Shown here piece after piece: positions 40,567-49,483 of a DNA stretch of 64,000 nt (position 1 is the first letter of the stretch; the number at the start of each line of letters is the position of its first letter). Origin of the DNA: Candidatus Krumholzibacteriota bacterium. Its GTDB lineage: Bacteria; Krumholzibacteriota; Krumholzibacteriia; JAJRXK01. The stretch lies in NCBI GenBank assembly GCA_963764625.1, contig CAVXTH010000001.1, forward strand, positions 1-64,000, read 5' to 3'. Position numbers and translations under genes: made by a program. A model generated the notes under the pieces. That model did no database searches and was not told the DNA's origin. It worked only from the letters and a program-made list of their open reading frames with translations.

Positions 40567-42279
40567 ATGAACCCCCCTGCCAAACCCCCCAAAGACCCCG
40601 AGAATCCGCCGACAAACGAGGAAACCCGGGATTTCATCCGCGACATCATTCGCAGTGACCTGGCCACCGGCAAACACCAGGGCCGGGTGCACACGCGATT
40701 TCCCCCCGAGCCCAACGGCTACCTGCACATCGGGCACGCCAAGTCGGTCTGCCTCAACTTCGGGGTCGCGCGCGAATTCGGCGGACTGTGCAACCTCCGC
40801 TTCGACGACACGAATCCCACCAAGGAAGACCCAGAGTACGTGGCGGCCATCCAGAACGACGTGCGCTGGTTGGGCTTCGACTGGGACGACCGGCTCTACT
40901 ACGCCTCCAGCTACTTCCAGCGGATGTACGACTACGCGGTGGAGCTGGTGCAGAAGGGCAAGGCCTACGTCGACTCGCAGAGCGAAGAGGAGATCCGCAA
41001 AAACCGCGGCACGGTCAAGAGCCCCGGCACGCCCAGCCCCCACCGGGACCGCGGCATCGAGGAGAACCTCGATCTCTTCACCCGCATGAAGAACGGCGAG
41101 TTCGAAGATGGGACGCACGTGCTGCGGGCCAAGATCGACATGGCGGCGTCGAACATGAAGATGCGCGATCCTTTGATCTATCGCATCCGGCACGCGAGCC
41201 ACCACCAGACTGGCGACGAGTGGTGCATCTATCCTTTCTATGATTTCGCGCACTGTCTGGAAGACAGCATCGAGGGTATCACCCACTCGCTCTGCACTCT
41301 GGAGTTCGAGATCAATCGCGAACTCTACGACTGGTTTCTGAACGAGCTAAATGTGGAGTGCCACCCGCAGCAAATCGAGTTCGCGCGCCTGAACCTGAAC
41401 TACACCGTGATGAGCAAGCGCAAGCTGCTGCAACTCGTGCAAGAGAAGGTGGTCAAGGGCTGGGACGACCCGCGCATGCCCACTCTGGCCGGACTACGAC
41501 GCCGCGGGTACACCCCCGTCGCCATCCGTAACTTCGCCGAGCGCATCGGCGTGGCCAAGCGCGACAGCGTAGTGGACATCGCGCTCCTGGAGCACACGCT
41601 CCGCGAGGACCTCAACGCGCACTCTCCGCGAGTGATGGCGGTCCTCGATCCGCTCAAGGTCGTCATCGAGAACTATCCTGAGGCGCAAGTCGAGTGGATG
41701 GAGGCGATCAACAACCCCGAGGAAGAGGGCGCCGGCAGCCGCAAGATTCCCTTCTCGCGCGAGATCTACCTCGAGCGCGATGATTTCCTGGAAGATCCCC
41801 CTGCGAAGTTCTTCCGCCTGGCCCCCGGGCGCGAAGTGCGGCTCAAGCACGCCTACTTCATCACCTGCGATGAGGTGGTGAAGAACGAGGCCGGCGAAAT
41901 CGTGGAGCTACGCTGTCACTACGATCCTTCGAGCCGCGGCGGCGAGGCGCCCGACGGGCGGAAAGTGAAAGGAACCCTGCACTGGGTGAGCGCGGCGCAC
42001 GCACTTGAGGCCGAAGTGCGTCTCTACGACAAGCTTTTCACGGTGGAGGACCCGGCCGAGGCGAACGACATGCGCTCCGTGCTGAATCCCGATTCGCTGC
42101 AGATTCTGCTGGGATGCAGAGTGGAGCCCTCGCTCGCCGAAAGCACCGCCGGCACCGGCTACCAGTTCCTGCGCCACGGCTACTTCTGCGTCGATCCCGA
42201 CTCGAGCGCCAAGCAGCTGGTCTTCAACCGCACCGTGGGGTTGCGCGACACCTGGGCCAAGATCCAGAAGAACCGCTAG
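40567..42279 (+). CDS. glnS: Glutamine--tRNA ligase
   Basis: [41 protein letters not shown]. Confidence 0.96.
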   Translation: MNPPAKPPKDPENPPTNEETRDFIRDIIRSDLATGKHQGRVHTRFPPEPNGYLHIGHAKSVCLNFGVAREFGGLCNLRFDDTNPTKEDPEYVAAIQNDVRWLGFDWDDRLYYASSYFQRMYDYAVELVQKGKAYVDSQSEEEIRKNRGTVKSPGTPSPHRDRGIEENLDLFTRMKNGEFEDGTHVLRAKIDMAASNMKMRDPLIYRIRHASHHQTGDEWCIYPFYDFAHCLEDSIEGITHSLCTLEFEINRELYDWFLNELNVECHPQQIEFARLNLNYTVMSKRKLLQLVQEKVVKGWDDPRMPTLAGLRRRGYTPVAIRNFAERIGVAKRDSVVDIALLEHTLREDLNAHSPRVMAVLDPLKVVIENYPEAQVEWMEAINNPEEEGAGSRKIPFSREIYLERDDFLEDPPAKFFRLAPGREVRLKHAYFITCDEVVKNEAGEIVELRCHYDPSSRGGEAPDGRKVKGTLHWVSAAHALEAEVRLYDKLFTVEDPAEANDMRSVLNPDSLQILLGCRVEPSLAESTAGTGYQFLRHGYFCVDPDSSAKQLVFNRTVGLRDTWAKIQKNR

Positions 42280-42914
42280 CGCTGGTTGGCGGTAAGTCGC
42301 AGCGGCGCCGGGGCGGAGGTCTTCAGCTGGCGGTCGAGTTCACCCAATGCGGTGACCCGCCAGAATCCGGCACGGCCCCGCAGGACAAAGAGCTGCGCGG
42401 AATCCACCACCGCACTGGTGTCCCGACTCACCACCTCGAAGATCGGACGGGATTCGGCGTCGAAAACCTCGAGCCGATAGCGCTCGGCACCCTCGACACT
42501 CGTCCAACGAAAGCTCACTTCGGAGGTGGCCACCGCGCCGATTGGACTCAAGGCCAAGAACTCGGTCTCTGAACCGCGGAAGATCGGAGTCGGTTCGAGC
42601 GGAGTGTGCAGGGAGACGTGGGGCAGCAGCGCCACCAGCAGGATGGCCGCCGCCGCCAATGGAAGCATCACGCGAAGGGGGAGCCGGCTCGGTTTCTTCG
42701 CGGGCGGCCCGCCACTGCGCAGCGCGGCATCGAGTCCCTCAGCTTCGTAGAGCGCGCGCGCGAGCTGAGGTGAGCCAAGCACTTCCCGCTCGAAGCGGCG
42801 CTGCTCCTCCTCGTTCATCTCGCCGGCCCGGTACTGGAGCAGACGCTCGCCCTGTTCTTCGTCGAGCCCGACCGCTTCGTCCGAGCGACCCTGAGGCCCG
42901 TGGCTGTCCTTCAC
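42276..42914 (-). CDS. Putative anti-sigma factor (cytoplasmic anti-sigma-like helices, one TM, extracytoplasmic FN3/Ig-like domain)
   Basis: GTGA-coupled to the sigma gene; [18 protein letters not shown]; [16 protein letters not shown]; [24 protein letters not shown]. Confidence 0.72.
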   Translation of the reverse strand: MKDSHGPQGRSDEAVGLDEEQGERLLQYRAGEMNEEEQRRFEREVLGSPQLARALYEAEGLDAALRSGGPPAKKPSRLPLRVMLPLAAAAILLVALLPHVSLHTPLEPTPIFRGSETEFLALSPIGAVATSEVSFRWTSVEGAERYRLEVFDAESRPIFEVVSRDTSAVVDSAQLFVLRGRAGFWRVTALGELDRQLKTSAPAPLRLTANQR

Positions 42915-43450
42915 GCCCGTACCCCTCTCTCCTGAAGAAGGCGGCGGAATTTATGACGACAGCGGTAGAGGCGACGGTAGAGCACCGCCTCATCAAGTCC
43001 CGCGTCGCGCGCCAGGCGCCGGGGCTTTTCGCCCTCACCCAGGCGCCGCAAGAAACCCCAGCACTGCCGGTCGAGTTCTTCGAGCGCGGCCAGGGCCTCC
43101 GATACGAGTTCGCGCAATTCCTTTTGCTCGAGCGCCTCCGCCGGAGTTCCCTCCGCCCTGAGGCTCCCCGCCGGTTCGAGTTCGGTCTGGCCCTGCTCGC
43201 GCACGTGCCGCTGGTAGAAGTTGCCAATCGTGTTGCGCAGCACCTGAAAGCACCAGGCGATCGGAGGCAGTCCGTCGACCAATCGGGCCCCTTCGATTTG
43301 CCCCGCACGGCTCAGAACGGTGGCCATCGCCTCCTGGACCAGATCCTCCACTTCAGACGCGGGCACGCGACGGGCCGTCACCTCCAGGAAACGCTCCCGG
43401 AGCTCTCGGCTCCAGGTTTCGATGGCAGAGGTGTTCGAGACGCGGTCCAT
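42911..43450 (-). CDS. ECF sigma-70 factor
   Basis: Region 2 (EDLVQEAM, WCFQVLRNTIGNFYQR) and region 4 HTH (..VLYRRLYRCRHKF); 179 aa. Confidence 0.88.
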   Translation of the reverse strand: MDRVSNTSAIETWSRELRERFLEVTARRVPASEVEDLVQEAMATVLSRAGQIEGARLVDGLPPIAWCFQVLRNTIGNFYQRHVREQGQTELEPAGSLRAEGTPAEALEQKELRELVSEALAALEELDRQCWGFLRRLGEGEKPRRLARDAGLDEAVLYRRLYRCRHKFRRLLQERGVRA

Positions 43451-43465
43451 CCTGGATTGTTTCCC

Positions 43466-43492
43466 TACGAGGAGAATCTCTCGCGGATTTCC
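43466..43492 (-). promoter_or_regulatory. Putative ECF autoregulatory promoter
   Basis: GGAAAT-17 nt-CGTA ending about 15 nt before the sigma ATG. Confidence 0.55.
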
Positions 43493-43628
43493 GCGCGATG
43501 CTAGCAGAAGAGAGAAGAGCTCACCTAGCGGGCAATTGCGTTTCTTGTTCGCCCGTGCGCGGACGTGCTACACTGATTCTGGTCCCTTTCTCCCCCGAGC
43601 CGCCCGTGCCCCGCGCGCGAACGATGTT

Positions 43629-46145
43629 ATGAAGAAGCTCTCGATTCCGCCCTCTCCACCGCAAGGCGTCGCGCCGACCCTCCTGCGCCTGATTCATCTC
43701 CTTTGCTTCGCGCCGCTCTTGGCCCTCGTCTGGGCTCTCCCCGCCGCGGCGCAGGAAGAGGACCCGGTCCAGGAGGCGAGCCAGGCTCTCGAGGAGTATC
43801 GTCCCGATCTGGACCGCGACGCCACAGTGGCCCTGGCGAAACGGCTGGAAGAGCTGGAGACGCAGCTCTCCCCCGCACGGCACGACAGCCTACGCTCGAG
43901 GCTGCTCGAAATCGCGGGGCTGCTCTCCTTCCGCCATGGTGAGCTGGAGCACGCACGTGCGCTGTGGGAGAGGGGTCTTCAGGCCGCCCGCGACGCGAAT
44001 TCTCCCCAGCAGATCATGTCGCTGCTCAACATGAACGCAGTCGGGGTGAGTCAGGCCGGTGATTTTGAGCGTGGGATCGAACTCTTTCACGAGCTCACCT
44101 TGTTGCGTCACGAGCACGGCGATCGCCGGGGCGAGGGCATCGCCTGGAACAACATCGCCAATGCCAACATGCAGCTCAATCGACTGCCCGAGGCGACGGC
44201 CGCGGTCGACTCGGCCAAAGCCTGTTTCGAAGAGGTCGGCTTCGCGCGCGGCCTGGGCAACGTGTACGTCCTGCGCGGTCTCACTCTGCTCGAAATGCGC
44301 CGCAGCGAGGAAGCACTCGCTTCCTTCGACGCGGCGGCCGAGGTGGCCCGCGAGCTTCAGCAGAAGGACCTGATCGCCACCGCGCTGGCCAACCGCGGGC
44401 GCGTGAAGATGCTGCGCGGCGAACCCTACGAGCTGGCTCTGGCCGACGTCGATTCAGCGATCGCGCTCTGGCAGGAGATGGACAACCGCCATCAGCTTCT
44501 CATGGTGCGCATGATTCGCGGCGAAGTACTGGTGGAAACCGGACACGGGAAAGAGGGCCTCGATCTTCTGCAGGCAGTGCTGGCGCAGCGCAACGCGGCG
44601 GGGGAAGACTTCGACGCCCTGCCGGTTCGCAATCTCATCGGCGCGGCCTATCTGGAACAGAATCGCCTGGAGGAAGCGCGGAACTATCTGCAGGAGACTC
44701 TGACTCTGCTCGAGGAAATGCGCGCGCTGACCAAGGACGAACGCACGCGCATCGGTATCTACCGCCGCGGTGGCCTCGCCCATCGGGATCTGGCAGACGT
44801 TCTGATTCGAGAGGGCAAGATCGAGGAGGCCTGGGCGGTGGCCGAGCGAGGGCGGGCGTGGCTTTTGCGCGAACAGCTCACGCCCACGGGAGGCGCGGCC
44901 GCGATCATCGAGCTCGCCACCTTGCAGGCGCGGCTGGCCGACACGGGAGCCGTCTACGTCCACCTGTCCGAGCGCCTGGCCGGATCCAGCTTCGCCTTCG
45001 TGATCGACGGAGAAAACCTCGAGGTAGTGAGGATCTCGGTCCCCCACGAGCTCATGGCCGATCTGGAGATGGCCATCTATCAGATGGCCAACGGATCCCC
45101 CGACGAGTTGTGTGACCCCCCGCTCTCGCGTCTGGGCGCGGCCCTGATTCAACCCCTGATCCCGTATCTCCCCGAGGACGGACGCGGCGTCTTGTTCTCG
45201 CTTCCTTCCAACCTGAGCGATCTGCCGCTGGATGCCCTCCTCTACGAAGCCGACGGAACGGAGCGAGTCTTCGGCGAACACTACGCAACATCTCTGGTGC
45301 CCTCGGCCACGACCTGGGACGATTTGGAGGAGAGAGTCGCGCCGAGTGAGGGCGTCTTTGCGTTCGCCGATCCCACCCCACGCGTGGCGGCCGAGGAGGT
45401 GGGCGCAGTGACGCGTTTCCGCGACGTCTTGGCCCTTCCTCTGCCGCAGGCGCGCGAGGAAGCGCGCGCGGTGACACGGCGCGGCGGGCGTCAGCTCGTG
45501 GGCGAGGAAGCCTCCAAGCTACAGTTCCTCGACTTGATCGAGCGCGATCCCGGTGTGCTGCACTTTGCGACCCACGCGGTGGTGGATCCGGTGTACCCCG
45601 AGCAATCGGCCCTGCTTTTGGCCGGCGGCGAGGAGGATCGCCTGACCGCCGGCGAGATCGAGTCGCATCCCTTCCACACCGATCTGGTCACTTTGAGCGG
45701 GTGCCGCACCGGCGGCGGTTTGATGTACATCGGCGAGGGAACCCTCGGCCTGATGCGCTCCTTCTTCGTGGCGGGCGCACGGAGCGTGGTGATGTCGCGT
45801 TGGGACGTGGAGGACACCGCCGCGCGTCGCTTCATGGAAGTGTTCTACGCCGAGCTGGAGAAAGGTGAGGATCGCGCGGTGGCGATGAAGACCGCCCGTG
45901 CCCGCCTGCATCGCGAGGGCTTTCCCCACCGCGATCGTTCGGCCTTCGTGTTGGCCGGAGTGGCCACCGAGCCGGTGGCCTCGCTCTTGAACCGAAAAGA
46001 GCCGGGCTCGCTGCAAACCCGGCTCCTTCATCATCGCCGCGCTGATTCTGCTTTCGGGCTCCCTCCTCCGGCAGATCAGGCGTCGGCGAACGGGCGCCGC
46101 CGGCAGCTAGGCCTCCTTCGGCTCAACGTTGGACGCTGGCCGTGA
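43629..46145 (+). CDS. TPR-CHAT (caspase-like clan CD) protease with signal peptide; true end probably TAG 46108-46110 after a frameshift
   Basis: Hydrophobic leader ending PAAA/QEE; TPR repeats; CHAT motifs LPLDAL, LHFATH, VTLSGCRTG, AGARSVVMSRWDVED. Confidence 0.88.
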   Translation: MKKLSIPPSPPQGVAPTLLRLIHLLCFAPLLALVWALPAAAQEEDPVQEASQALEEYRPDLDRDATVALAKRLEELETQLSPARHDSLRSRLLEIAGLLSFRHGELEHARALWERGLQAARDANSPQQIMSLLNMNAVGVSQAGDFERGIELFHELTLLRHEHGDRRGEGIAWNNIANANMQLNRLPEATAAVDSAKACFEEVGFARGLGNVYVLRGLTLLEMRRSEEALASFDAAAEVARELQQKDLIATALANRGRVKMLRGEPYELALADVDSAIALWQEMDNRHQLLMVRMIRGEVLVETGHGKEGLDLLQAVLAQRNAAGEDFDALPVRNLIGAAYLEQNRLEEARNYLQETLTLLEEMRALTKDERTRIGIYRRGGLAHRDLADVLIREGKIEEAWAVAERGRAWLLREQLTPTGGAAAIIELATLQARLADTGAVYVHLSERLAGSSFAFVIDGENLEVVRISVPHELMADLEMAIYQMANGSPDELCDPPLSRLGAALIQPLIPYLPEDGRGVLFSLPSNLSDLPLDALLYEADGTERVFGEHYATSLVPSATTWDDLEERVAPSEGVFAFADPTPRVAAEEVGAVTRFRDVLALPLPQAREEARAVTRRGGRQLVGEEASKLQFLDLIERDPGVLHFATHAVVDPVYPEQSALLLAGGEEDRLTAGEIESHPFHTDLVTLSGCRTGGGLMYIGEGTLGLMRSFFVAGARSVVMSRWDVEDTAARRFMEVFYAELEKGEDRAVAMKTARARLHREGFPHRDRSAFVLAGVATEPVASLLNRKEPGSLQTRLLHHRRADSAFGLPPPADQASANGRRRQLGLLRLNVGRWP

Positions 46146-47827
46146 CGGTGCTCGCATCGTTCGTCGTGGTCGCATTGGTTCCGGCTACCTGCAGGCGCAA
46201 CTCCGCCAAAGCCTGACCCTGGCGCGCGAGCTGTTCGCTTTGCGCCTGGATCTGCCGCTGTTGCTCCTGCAGAGAGGCAATGAGCAGCGGAATCAATTCG
46301 TCGTACTCCACGCTCAGACTCTTCTGTTCGTCGTCGCCTTCGTGGACGATTTCGGGAACCACTTCCCGTAGCTCCTGCGCGATCAGTCCCAGCTGCCGTC
46401 CGCGCTCCGGCAGATCCTTCCAGCTGAAGCTCACCGGTCGTAGCTTCATCAGATCGTTCAAACCGTAGTCGAGGTCTTCGATGTTCTTCTTGAGACGGCG
46501 ATCCGACGGCGTGTCGACCGACATTGCATAGACGACGTTCCAGCGCTTGGCAGAGGATCCCAAATTCCACAGCGCGAAGGCCGAGGGCTCGACCGAACCC
46601 CCGAAGACCGAAGTGCGATCGCTCTGGTGGATCTGAAGGGCGGGAAGACTATTGGTGGCGGCGCGGAGGATGAAGTCATTGCCGTCGGCCACCGAATTGC
46701 GCAGGAACCACTTTTGGTTCACTCCGTTCTTGAGCACGATGTTGACGTCCGACGCGTTACCGCTCAACTCGAAGGTGTCATCCGCGGTGAGAACTCCCCC
46801 GATGTTGAATCCACTGGCGGTCCCGTAAATGCCGTCGAGCATCCACTGGAGTCCGGAGGAGTAGATTCCGGCGGTGACCAAGCCGGCCCCGGACTCGCCC
46901 AGGTCGAACCACTTGGTGAATTCCAACTTCGAGGGGCTCAGACGCACTCCCAGATCTTCGAAGGGCGCCGTGCCGGTGCCGGTGTCCCTTCCCAAGAGGA
47001 TCTCGTTGGCCTGACTGGAAGAATTCAGGTGCAGAAGCGCGTCGGGCGCACTGGTGCCGATCCCCACCTGGCCGCTCGGTTCGATCGCCAGGCGCTCCGC
47101 GCCGCCGTTGGTGATCGAGAACACGCTCTGAGGACTCTGCTCCATCACGAGTCCCCACGAACCGCCCGAAGTCATGCGGATCGCGACCGGGACCTCGATC
47201 GGGGTGTGGATGTCCAGTTTTTGCGCCGGAGTGGAGGTGCCCAGACCGACGTTCCCACTGACCCCGAGCTCGAGATCGTTCCCGTTGATGGTCCAGTCGC
47301 CGTCGGATCCGCCGCCGGTGTTCGCGTTGATGGTGAGCGTATTTCCGCTGGGCACCACGCTGACGTTGGTCCCGCCCACCAGGCTCACCGCTCCCTTGAG
47401 ACCGTTGAGCGTCTTCACCGCGGCCTGATCGTCGACGGCCAGGGCGTAGGGAACGGAGGAGAGTTCACTGCGTGGAGTGAGTTCGCTGCCTCCATCCACC
47501 ACCAGGGCCAGCCAGAGACTCTGGTCGAAATCGACCGAGCCCATGGACGTCACCGAACCCAGGGTGGCCTCGGCGAGCCCGTCTACCAGGTCGAGCACTT
47601 GCGTCTCTTCCCAGAGTTTGGTTCCCGCCGACGGGTCGTCGTACAGGCGGAAGACGATGGTGTGACTTCCCTGCAAGCGCGACCCCGCTGCCGTCTTCGA
47701 CGATTCCCTGCCAACCGATGGTCTGAGGAACCGCGGCGTGGGCGCGGGGTGTTAGCGATGCGAGGGGGGCGAGCGCCGCGAGGAACGCGAACATCAAGAT
47801 GAGTGCGAAGTAGGCAAACCGGCGCAT
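46123..47827 (-). CDS. Secreted tail-fibre-like protein with C-terminal peptidase S74 intramolecular chaperone; frameshift near 47676
   Basis: Signal peptide plus AVPQTIGWQG (47827 frame), continuing HTIVFRLYD; GNVGLGT/GQVGIGT repeats; PSDRRLKKNI..GLIAQE..VEYDELIPLLI and coiled coil. Confidence 0.85.
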
Positions 47828-47859
47828 GAGAATCTCCTTTCGTGAGAGCTAGCCGCGCG

Positions 47860-48396
47860 TCAGCGCGCGAGGACCAGGCGCCGGACTTGCTCGAAACCGG
47901 GAGCCTTGAGTTGGTAGAAGTAGACTCCGCTCGCCAGATCGGCGGGAGCGAAGACGAGACTGTGTTCTCCCGCGCTCTGCGTCTGGTTCACCAGGGTGGC
48001 CACGCGCCGTCCACGGACGTCATAGAGGCTGAGCAAGACGTGTCCGTCCGCAGGAAGCGCGTAGCTGATGGTGGTGCGGGGGTTGAAGGGATTGGGATGG
48101 TTCTGGTCCAGGCGATAGCTCTTGGGCAGCGTGGGCGTCGGATCCTCCACCGCGGTGGCCGGGCCCTTTCTCTCCTTCGACAAAAAACCATGGCGTACGG
48201 TGATTTGTCCGTCGCTGGCCGTACCCGTCGCCGGTTGACCCAGAGTGAGCAGGACTTCTCGACCGCTTCGGGAGGCCCTTTTGCCACCGGAAGTGATGAC
48301 CTTGCGCTTGAGTTCCTTTTCCAACGGCGCGGTGGCCCCTAACGCGATCGCGAAGAGGACTGCCAGGCTGAGCAGGACCAGGAAGCGTCGGAGCAT
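47860..48396 (-). CDS. Small secreted protein with FlgD-Ig/T9SS-like C-terminal domain
   Basis: GAGGAGG RBS, signal peptide, VITSGG..LTLGQP..VRHGF, QNHPNPFNPRTTISY..LASGVYFYQL. Confidence 0.85.
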   Translation of the reverse strand: MLRRFLVLLSLAVLFAIALGATAPLEKELKRKVITSGGKRASRSGREVLLTLGQPATGTASDGQITVRHGFLSKERKGPATAVEDPTPTLPKSYRLDQNHPNPFNPRTTISYALPADGHVLLSLYDVRGRRVATLVNQTQSAGEHSLVFAPADLASGVYFYQLKAPGFEQVRRLVLAR

Positions 48397-48465
48397 GTCC
48401 GCTTCCTCCTCGATCGGCACCGGGGGGAAGGTCTCGGGGCCGCTTCTCCTGTCTCATTTGGGGTG

Positions 48466-48491
48466 GACGGAAATCTCCCGCGTGAATTTCC
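48466..48491 (-). promoter_or_regulatory. Putative ECF-dependent promoter of the CTD/fibre operon
   Basis: GGAAAT-16 nt-CGTC, with a spacer resembling the one upstream of the sigma gene. Confidence 0.5.
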
Positions 48492-48612
48492 GAGGCGCGG
48501 ATTGAAGAGCGAGAGCGGTCTGTCGTATACTCGCTGCAGGCTCCCAGCCACCTCAACCGTCACTTCGGATGCCCGTTCGCGGGCGAACTCTCCGAAGGGA
48601 ATTGGGTGAGCC

Positions 48613-49176
48613 ATGAAGCACTCCACTTTGGCGCTTCTCTTCGTTCTCTTTATTCTTCTGGCCGCTCCGGCGCACGCCGCCTCCATCGGCATCTATGCTG
48701 GTGGGGTTCCCTGGTTCGAAACTTGGTCGAGCTGCATCATCCCGACGATCGATCTGGTGCTCACGAACCTCGAGCAGCCCCTGAAGGCGCTCGAGTTCTC
48801 CGTCGAGGTTTCCCAGGAACTCCAGGGGCGCCTCGAGTGCGTGACGACTCCTGGCGTGACCATCACTCAGGACGGGGATCAGTTTACGATTCGACTGGAC
48901 GACTGCTGGTCGGCGAGGAGCGACTATTCGGTTCCGCTCTTCTCTCTTCTCTATGCGCCGGAGACCGTTCAGAGCATCTGCCTGGCACCGGCGAGTTCCA
49001 GTCCCCTCGATCCGCCCGCGATCAGTTACGAGAGCTGTGACGGTGAGGTCGTTCCCCTGGAAGTCGCTCCGATTCCCTACGGCCTGGAGGAAATTGGAGA
49101 CGGCTGTCTCCTGGTGGCGGCGAGGCACGTTCCGGTGGCCGAGAGCACTTGGGGAACTCTGAAAACCTGGTATTGA
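48613..49176 (+). CDS. Secreted hypothetical protein with C-terminal TWGxLKxxY motif
   Basis: Signal peptide ..PAHA; ends VPVAESTWGTLKTWY. Confidence 0.8.
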   Translation: MKHSTLALLFVLFILLAAPAHAASIGIYAGGVPWFETWSSCIIPTIDLVLTNLEQPLKALEFSVEVSQELQGRLECVTTPGVTITQDGDQFTIRLDDCWSARSDYSVPLFSLLYAPETVQSICLAPASSSPLDPPAISYESCDGEVVPLEVAPIPYGLEEIGDGCLLVAARHVPVAESTWGTLKTWY

Positions 49177-49308
49177 GTGCGAGTGCACGTGACGCGCTCT
49201 TCGGTGATGATCGGCGAATTGTCTACCCGGGTAGAAAATCTGAACTGCGGCAACTGTGCGCGGCAAGAGCGTGGTTGCTGGAAGATGCTACCCAGCGTGC
49301 TACCCCCA

Positions 49309-49340
49309 ACAAAAAAAGCCCGGCGCGCTGGCCGGGCTTC
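49309..49340 (-). terminator. Rho-independent terminator after gltX/tRNA-Gln
   Basis: AAAAAAAGCCCGGC-gcgctg-GCCGGGCTT; A7 on the + strand is a U-tract on the minus strand. Confidence 0.8.
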
Positions 49341-49367
49341 GTTCAGATCGACACTAGTCGAAAATTC

Positions 49368-49441
49368 TGGTTGCCCGGGGAGGATTCGAACCCCCATCGA
49401 CTGAGCCAGAGTCAGTTGTCCTGCCATTGGACGACCGGGCA
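49368..49441 (-). tRNA. tRNA-Gln(CTG)
   Basis: TGCCCGGTCGTCCAATGGCAGGACA-ACTGACTCTGGCTCAGT-CGATGGGGGTTCGAATCCTCCCCGGGCAACCA; U1-A72 pair. Confidence 0.95.
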
Positions 49442-49483
49442 ATGAGGGGACAATAATTAGGCAAGAGAGGGCCGCTTGGCAAG

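Noticed and set aside
43629-46145. Type III-E Craspase locus
   Set aside because: No Cas7-11 or repeat array is present, and the CHAT protein appears to be exported.
46123-47827. Prophage or tailocin
   Set aside because: The protein has a Sec signal, and there are no capsid, baseplate, sheath, terminase or integrase genes.
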